NCBI GenBank assembly: GCA_938034615.1
Contig: CALHLW010000066.1
Location: 220-64,219, forward strand
Origin: an uncultured Neomegalonema sp.
Lineage (GTDB): Bacteria > Pseudomonadota > Alphaproteobacteria > Rhodobacterales > Rhodobacteraceae
Direction: 5' to 3'
Length of the DNA stretch: 64,000 bases
A model generated the notes under the pieces. The model was not told the origin of the DNA. It did not search any database and worked only from the letters and a program-made list of their open reading frames with translations. The stretch's first letter is position 1; every line of letters starts with the position of its first letter. The position numbers and the translations under genes are program-made. This document shows positions 58,465 through 64,000 of the stretch, piece by piece.

Positions 58465-60033
58465 TTAGAAATCCGTCGGTGCGCCGCCTTCGCGTTTGCG
58501 GCGCTCGACGAATTCATCGAGCGCGGCGCGATTGTCGGGGTCCATGGCGGGTGGTTCGAATTCTTCGAGGATGGATTTCCAGAGGGCATTGGCGCGCTGT
58601 TCGGTGCGGAGTGCGCCCCGATCCTCCCAGTTCTCGAAATTCGACCAGTCGGAGAGGAACGGCTGGTAGAAGGCCGTCTCGTAGCGTTCCTGCGTGTGGG
58701 GCGTGCCGAAGAAATGGCCACCTGCTCCGACCTCGCCGATGGCATCGACGGCGATGTCGTCTTCGGTGACGGGCACCGGCTGCACGTAATGCTGCATCTG
58801 TTGCAGCGTCTCACAATCCATGATGAATTTCTCGTAGGATGCACAGAGGCCGCCCTCCAGCCATCCCGCCGCGTGATAGACCATGTTGGTCTGCCCCGTG
58901 ATTGCGCCCCAGAGGGAGAACGCGCTTTCCCATGCCGCCTGTGCATCCGGGCAATTGGCCGCGCAGGTGTTGGAGGCACGCAGCGGCAGGTTATAGAAGC
59001 GCGCCATCTGCCCTGACATCTGGGTCGCGCGCATATATTCCGGCGTGCCGAAAGCGGGGGAGCCGGTCCGCATATCCACATTCGAGGTGAAGGAGCCGTA
59101 CACGGTGGGTGAGCCGGGGCGAATGCATTGTAACAGGGCGATGGCGGCAAGGCCCTCTGCCGTCTGCTGCGCCACCGCTCCGGACAGCGTCACCGGCGCC
59201 ATCGCGCCCGACAGCGTGAAGGGCGAGACGACGGTGGGTTGATTGCGCTCGGCCATCCGCATGGCTCCGTCCAACATCGGCCAGTCGTGCTTCAACGGCG
59301 ACGTGGAGTTGATATTGGTGAACATCCGGGGAGTGGCTTCGAACTCCTCGTGGGTCAGACCCGCCGCCAGCCGCACCATCTCGATATTGTCTTCGATGCG
59401 CTCGGTTCCGAGGGAATAGGCGTGAACGACCTTGTCGCAGAGGACGAGCTTGTCGTGCATTGCATCGAGGTGACGGATCGAGGCGTGGATATCGACCGGC
59501 TCGACCGGATACCCGGAGATGAAGTGGAGGCAGTTGAAATACTGGGTCAGCTTGACGAGATCGCGATAGGCGCGGCGGTGGCCGGTCTGCCGCCCCTCAT
59601 CGAGGTTGGAATAATTCGGCGGAGAGCCGACCTGCCCGAATGTCAAAGACCGCCCGCCGACGGTGATCTGACGCTCGGGGTTGCGCGGGGTGATGGTAAA
59701 TTGCGAGGGGGCAAGCGCGATCTTCTCCATCACGAAATCACGGCCCATCAGGATCGTGACGCCGTCGTCCAGCACGGTGCAGCCTTCGCGGACGAGGATA
59801 TCCACCGCCTTGGGGTGGAGGAACTGGATGCCGATTTCCTCCAGCACCCGAATCGCGCCCTCATGGACCGCCTGAACGCTTTCCGGTGACAGCGGCTCGA
59901 CGGGAGCGTCGGTATAGGTGGGCAAGACCCACGGGCTTTGGGTGATGACCGGCCCTTTGCCGCGCATATTGCCGGCGCGTCCTCCGCCCCGGCGACGTTT
60001 GGGCACTTCTTGTATGGCTGTTTCAGCGGTCAT
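58465..60033 (-). CDS. Trimethylamine methyltransferase (MttB) superfamily protein, non-pyrrolysine type
   Basis: 522 aa from ATG 60033 (GGGAGGA 5 nt upstream). Family resemblance holds throughout (VHEGAIRVLEEIGI..., TNINSTSPL, SGAMAPVTLSGA, SFTSNVDMRTG). No in-frame TAG. Confidence 0.8.
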   Translation of the reverse strand: MTAETAIQEVPKRRRGGGRAGNMRGKGPVITQSPWVLPTYTDAPVEPLSPESVQAVHEGAIRVLEEIGIQFLHPKAVDILVREGCTVLDDGVTILMGRDFVMEKIALAPSQFTITPRNPERQITVGGRSLTFGQVGSPPNYSNLDEGRQTGHRRAYRDLVKLTQYFNCLHFISGYPVEPVDIHASIRHLDAMHDKLVLCDKVVHAYSLGTERIEDNIEMVRLAAGLTHEEFEATPRMFTNINSTSPLKHDWPMLDGAMRMAERNQPTVVSPFTLSGAMAPVTLSGAVAQQTAEGLAAIALLQCIRPGSPTVYGSFTSNVDMRTGSPAFGTPEYMRATQMSGQMARFYNLPLRASNTCAANCPDAQAAWESAFSLWGAITGQTNMVYHAAGWLEGGLCASYEKFIMDCETLQQMQHYVQPVPVTEDDIAVDAIGEVGAGGHFFGTPHTQERYETAFYQPFLSDWSNFENWEDRGALRTEQRANALWKSILEEFEPPAMDPDNRAALDEFVERRKREGGAPTDF

Positions 60034-60191
60034 CGTGATCCTCCCGGTCCATACCGAGTGCCGCACACCCTCTCTGAAGACGCAAGGACGTTAGCGACGG
60101 GGATATGTCGTTTTGTGACTCAGCTTCTTGCTCGTCAGCCGGAAGGAATGGACCTATAGTGTTCTGGGGTACGACAGTGAGGGACGGTGCC

Positions 60192-60782
60192 GTGAGTAAT
60201 AAACGACCAACACAGGCGGATGCGGAAGCGGCAGTCCGCACACTGATCGAATGGGCTGGGGATGACCCGACCCGTGAGGGTCTGATCGACACTCCGGCGC
60301 GGGTAGCGCGGGCGTATCGCGAATGGTTCGTCGGCTATGAAACCGATCCGCACGGCTATCTGGAGCGCACTTTCGAGGAAGTGGAAGGCTACAAAGATAT
60401 GGTCGTGCTGCGCGATATCCGTTTCGAATCCTATTGCGAGCATCATATGTGCCCGATCATCGGCAGAGCGCATGTCGGCTATATTCCGGAGGGGCGGGTG
60501 GTCGGAATCTCCAAGTTGGCCCGCGTCGTCGAAGGCTATGCCAAGCGGATGCAGGTGCAGGAAAAGATGACGGCACAGGTGGCGGAGGCCATCGTCACCG
60601 TGCTGAAACCGCGCGGCGTGGCCGTGGTCATTGAAGCAGAGCATCAGTGCATGACCACACGCGGCATCCACAAGCATGGTGTCAGCATGGTCACGAGCCA
60701 GATGAACGGCCTTTTCCGCAGCGACCCGCGCACGAGACAGGAATTCATGACGGTGATCGGGAATCCGGTGAACCGGGGGTAG
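60192..60782 (+). CDS. folE: GTP cyclohydrolase I
   Basis: [37 protein letters not shown] and HQCMTTRG. Start set at GTG 60192 (GAGGGA upstream); the track ORF begins at 60105. Confidence 0.88.
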   Translation: MSNKRPTQADAEAAVRTLIEWAGDDPTREGLIDTPARVARAYREWFVGYETDPHGYLERTFEEVEGYKDMVVLRDIRFESYCEHHMCPIIGRAHVGYIPEGRVVGISKLARVVEGYAKRMQVQEKMTAQVAEAIVTVLKPRGVAVVIEAEHQCMTTRGIHKHGVSMVTSQMNGLFRSDPRTRQEFMTVIGNPVNRG

Positions 60783-61054
60783 TGCAGAAACACCACCAAC
60801 TACTATTCAGTCGCCTTGCAAGGAGTATGATGCGTATTGCTGGCCGTACGCAAATTATCGCGTCATTCAATTCGTTGAATTTCTGTTAAATTTCGGACTG
60901 CTCTTGTTTTTCTCTGCGGAACCACTTAACTGCCCTTCGCAACGTTACACCCATCGCTTCTCTGTCTCCTTTACAGGCCGCAGTCATTCGATTTGCTTTG
61001 ACTGCGCCACAACTGCCGCGATTTGCGGGCAGTGTTCAAGACAGGAGACTCACG

Positions 61055-61261
61055 ATGAATGGCACCGTGAAATGGTACAACCCTTCCAAGGGCTTCGGCT
61101 TCATTCAGCCTGAAAGCGGCTCGAAGGATATCTTTATCCATGCCACCGCTCTCGAGCAGGCTGGCATTCAAGGCCTCGACGATGGCCAGAAAGTTACGTT
61201 CGATGTCGAAGCCGGTCGTGACGGACGCGAATCCGCCACGAACGTCAAACTCGACGACTGA
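61055..61261 (+). CDS. Cold-shock protein (CspA family)
   Basis: 68 aa: MNGTVKWYNPSKGFGFIQPESGSKDIFIHATAL (RNP1/RNP2 motifs). AGGAGA upstream. Long AT-richer 5' leader. Confidence 0.92.
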   Translation: MNGTVKWYNPSKGFGFIQPESGSKDIFIHATALEQAGIQGLDDGQKVTFDVEAGRDGRESATNVKLDD

Positions 61262-61367
61262 ACCGAACACCGGACGGTGCGTCATGCGCCGTCTAACCCA
61301 ATTGCCTGCTTCCGTCGTTCCTTCACAGGAAGGCGGGAGCGCGCTGCGTTTTAGACCGGGGGGTCGC

Positions 61368-61538
61368 ATGTCCGATACGAAAGAGTCCGAACCGATGGAT
61401 TCGTCCGCCACGGCGGATAAACCGAAGGTCCGCAAGTGCCTTGCCTGCGCCACAGACTTCGAAAGCGCATGGTCCGGTGAGCGCATCTGTAAACGGTGCA
61501 AGTCTTCGAACCGATGGAAAAGTGGCGCGCTGCGCTGA
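61368..61538 (+). CDS. Small zinc-ribbon protein (56 aa), hypothetical
   Basis: MSDTKESEPMDSSATADKPKVRKCLACATDFESAWSGERICKRCKSSNRWKSGALR has a CxxC-N14-CxxC pattern. It resembles small conserved alphaproteobacterial proteins by recollection only. Confidence 0.45.
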   Translation: MSDTKESEPMDSSATADKPKVRKCLACATDFESAWSGERICKRCKSSNRWKSGALR

Positions 61539-61656
61539 TCGTAATCTTTGATCGCTAATGTGAGCGGGCTACCTTCCGCATGAACCCGTGGCCCTTATCC
61601 CATCATTCGCCGTTCAGATTACGCCATCGATTCTTGCAAGAGAGTCAGTGGTGTTT

Positions 61657-61875
61657 CTATGTCTGATCGACAGGCGCAGGGGCAACCTGAAGCCATCGCT
61701 CGCTCTTGAGTGGCGCGGCGGGTGCAAAGTCGCCTTTGACCAAAGTTGCCCGCGTCTTCGAGATGTCGGAGCGGTAGATGCCCGAGTTTTCGATGGTATC
61801 ACCGGGCTTGAGCGTGAGCCTGACGCGATTGGCAGATTTGGGTTTGCGTTTCGACTTCACAGGTTTCTTCGCCAT
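61657..61875 (-). CDS. Small basic hypothetical protein (72 aa, YjzC-like?)
   Basis: MAKKPVKSKRKPKSANRVRLTLKPGDTIENSGIYRSD...LVKGDFAP.... The motif order resembles YjzC-type proteins. Weak. Confidence 0.4.
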   Translation of the reverse strand: MAKKPVKSKRKPKSANRVRLTLKPGDTIENSGIYRSDISKTRATLVKGDFAPAAPLKSERWLQVAPAPVDQT

Positions 61876-62027
61876 GATGCTTCTCCGGGTAATTCAGGCT
61901 GACACTGGCCTTGGGGCTTCTCTATCGCCCCCATGATCGGCCTCCAACCTATTTGCGGTGCAATCATCGGTTATCGTGATCCTGTGTGATGCGATAGGCT
62001 TGGCCCACACCGAGTCGGAGCCGCGCC

Positions 62028-64000
62028 ATGTCCCAATTCATCCATCTCTCGCTTCATTCCGCCTATTCCGTCCTCGAAGGAGCGAACGGGATTAAGGGAT
62101 TGCCGGGGATGTGCGCCGATGCGGGGATGCCTGCGCTGGCGATCACGGATACGGACAATATGTTCGGGGCGCTGGAATTCTCGGAAGGAATGGCGAAGGC
62201 GGGGGTGCAGCCGATCATCGGGGTGCAGTTGTCGCTCGCCTATGGGGTGGCGGCCTCGGCCCATGCGAAAGCGCCGCCCCCTGCCCGGCTGACCCTGCTG
62301 GCGCAGGAAGAGGCGGGGTATATGAACCTGATGGCCCTCGTTTCGGCCGCGTATCTCGATACGGATGCGGGGGAAGCCGTGCATGTGACGCGAGAGGCGC
62401 TGGCGGCGCGCAGCGGGGGGCTGATCTGTCTGAGCGGCGGGCCGAACGGGCCTGCGGGAATGCTGGTGCGGGGGAACCGGGTCGCGGAGGCGCGGGCGCA
62501 TCTGGACTGGCTGCGCGAGACATTTCCTGACCGGCTGTATGTGGAATTGCAGCGGCACGGGACGGGCGATACGCCACTGCTGCCGCCAGAACGTGAGACG
62601 GAGCCGGTGTTCCTCGATTGGGCTTATGGGGCGGGCGTGCCCATCGTCGCGACGAATGATGTGTATTTCCCGAAACGCGAGATGCACGAGGCGCATGATG
62701 CGCTGATCTGTATTGCAGAGGGGCGGTATATTTCGGAAAGTAATCGCCGCCGCCTAACGCCCGAACATCACTTCAAATCCGCCGAGGACATGATCGCCCT
62801 GTTCGCGGACCTGCCCGAAGCCATCGAAGCGACGGTGGAGATCGCGCAACGCTGTGCCTACCGACCCCGGATGCGCGACCCGATCCTGCCGAAATTCGCC
62901 GATGACGAGATCGAGGAATTGCGGCGACAATCGAAAGCGGGTCTCGATGCGCGGCTTGAGGCGGAACCGCCCGCCGCCGAGCGGGAGGTCTATGACAAGC
63001 GGCTGGAATACGAATTGGGCGTAATCGAGGGGATGGGGTTTCCGGGGTATTTCCTGATCGTTGCCGATTTCATCAAATGGGCGAAGGATCAGAATATCCC
63101 CGTTGGGCCGGGGCGCGGGTCGGGCGCGGGGTCGGTGGTGGCCTGGGCGCTTACGATTACCGACCTCGATCCCTTGCGCTATGGCTTGCTGTTCGAACGG
63201 TTCCTGAACCCCGAGCGCGTGTCGATGCCCGATTTCGATATCGATTTCTGTCAGGATCGGCGTGAGGAGGTCATCACCTACGTCCAGCGCAAATACGGCA
63301 CCGACCGGGTCGCGCAGATCATCACCTTCGGAACGTTGCAATCGAAGGCAACCGTGCGCGATGTGGGGCGGGTGCTGCAATTGCCCTACGGGCAGGTGGA
63401 CCGCATCGCCAAGATGATCCCGATGGAGGGGGTCAAACCCGTCTCCATCGCCAAATCCGTCGAGCAGGAACCGCGCCTGAAGGAGGAGATGGACCGCGAG
63501 GAGGCGGTCGCGTCGCTCGTGCGGATCGGCACGCAGATCGAAGGGCTGCTGCGGAACGCTTCTACCCATGCGGCGGGGGTGGTGATCGGGGACAGACCGC
63601 TGAATGAGCTGGTGCCGCTCTATCGCGACCCGCGCTCGGATATGCCAGTGACGCAATTCAATATGAAATGGGTCGAGAATGCGGGGTTGGTGAAGTTCGA
63701 TTTTCTGGGGCTGAAGACGCTGACGGTCATTCAGGGGGCGTTGGATATCCTGAAAAGCCGGGGGACGGATATCGACCTGCCGCGCATCCCGCTGGATGAC
63801 GAGAAGACCTACGATCTCTACAGCCGCGCCGACACGGTGGGCGTGTTTCAGGTGGAAAGCTCGGGGATGCGCGATGCGCTGCGGCAGCTCAAGCCGACCT
63901 GTATCGAGGATATCATCGCCCTCGTCGCGCTCTATCGTCCGGGGCCGATGGAGAACATCCCGAAATACTGCAACGTCAAGAACGGACGCGAGAAGCGCGA
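62028..64000 (+). CDS. dnaE: DNA polymerase III subunit alpha (5' part, truncated by window edge)
   Basis: Own translation: MSQFIHLSLHSAYSVLEGANGIKGLPGMCADAGMPALAITDTDNMFGALEF (PHP domain), and ...GFPGYFLIVADFIKWAKDQNIPVGPGRGSGAGSVVAWAL.ITDLDP...PDFDIDFCQDRR. Not in the track because there is no stop within the window. Confidence 0.95.
   Translation, partial: MSQFIHLSLHSAYSVLEGANGIKGLPGMCADAGMPALAITDTDNMFGALEFSEGMAKAGVQPIIGVQLSLAYGVAASAHAKAPPPARLTLLAQEEAGYMNLMALVSAAYLDTDAGEAVHVTREALAARSGGLICLSGGPNGPAGMLVRGNRVAEARAHLDWLRETFPDRLYVELQRHGTGDTPLLPPERETEPVFLDWAYGAGVPIVATNDVYFPKREMHEAHDALICIAEGRYISESNRRRLTPEHHFKSAEDMIALFADLPEAIEATVEIAQRCAYRPRMRDPILPKFADDEIEELRRQSKAGLDARLEAEPPAAEREVYDKRLEYELGVIEGMGFPGYFLIVADFIKWAKDQNIPVGPGRGSGAGSVVAWALTITDLDPLRYGLLFERFLNPERVSMPDFDIDFCQDRREEVITYVQRKYGTDRVAQIITFGTLQSKATVRDVGRVLQLPYGQVDRIAKMIPMEGVKPVSIAKSVEQEPRLKEEMDREEAVASLVRIGTQIEGLLRNASTHAAGVVIGDRPLNELVPLYRDPRSDMPVTQFNMKWVENAGLVKFDFLGLKTLTVIQGALDILKSRGTDIDLPRIPLDDEKTYDLYSRADTVGVFQVESSGMRDALRQLKPTCIEDIIALVALYRPGPMENIPKYCNVKNGREKR

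Noticed and set aside
58465-60033. In-frame amber codon (pyrrolysine) in the MttB homologue
   Set aside because: The frame is open from ATG 60033 to TAA 58465 with no internal TAG. There are no pyl genes in the window.
60034-60191. ZTP or THF riboswitch upstream of folE
   Set aside because: I could not find either the pfl-motif elements (GGGTCGTGAC..., CCGCCTGGGCA) or THF-type features in the 160-nt gap.

Overview
High-GC alphaproteobacterial chromosomal segment, probably Rhodobacterales-like; that placement is an inference from the DUF1476 zeta ATPase inhibitor, a CckA-type kinase, HisZ and the TRAP/TAXI content. The window is densely packed and mostly housekeeping. It carries guaB, purH, tgt, hisS-hisZ, carA, rimO, folE, a csp gene, cckA, dksA, a ppx/gppA-family gene, argE, cobD and dnaE, which runs off the 3' edge. 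I support about 60 protein-coding genes, one likely frameshifted gene, four intrinsic terminators and a few candidate operator palindromes. Three coding regions are absent from the supplied ORF track: the 5'-edge TAXI gene, a TTG-initiated DUF2256 gene and dnaE. Many long track ORFs are GC-rich shadow frames or have spurious N-terminal extensions, so I re-called the starts. I found no rRNA, tRNA, CRISPR array, transposase, integrase, prophage or recognisable defence gene. I cannot point to a convincing new system. The most accessory-looking and least explained parts are: (1) a compact surface-glycan module at 40.7-46.7 kb built from exosortase-A-type accessory families, with no exosortase in view; (2) a mosaic transporter operon at 6.5-11.5 kb (two ABC permeases, one ATPase, an orphan TRAP DctM and an ICL/PEP-mutase enzyme, with no binding protein); (3) an AT-rich islet at 54.9-57.5 kb with an orphan terminator, mutually antisense small ORFs, two perfect 14-bp palindromes, two low-GC membrane proteins of unknown function and a LysR-type box; (4) an orphan non-pyrrolysine MttB-family methyltransferase. 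All family assignments come from reading the translations by eye, and none was checked against a database.
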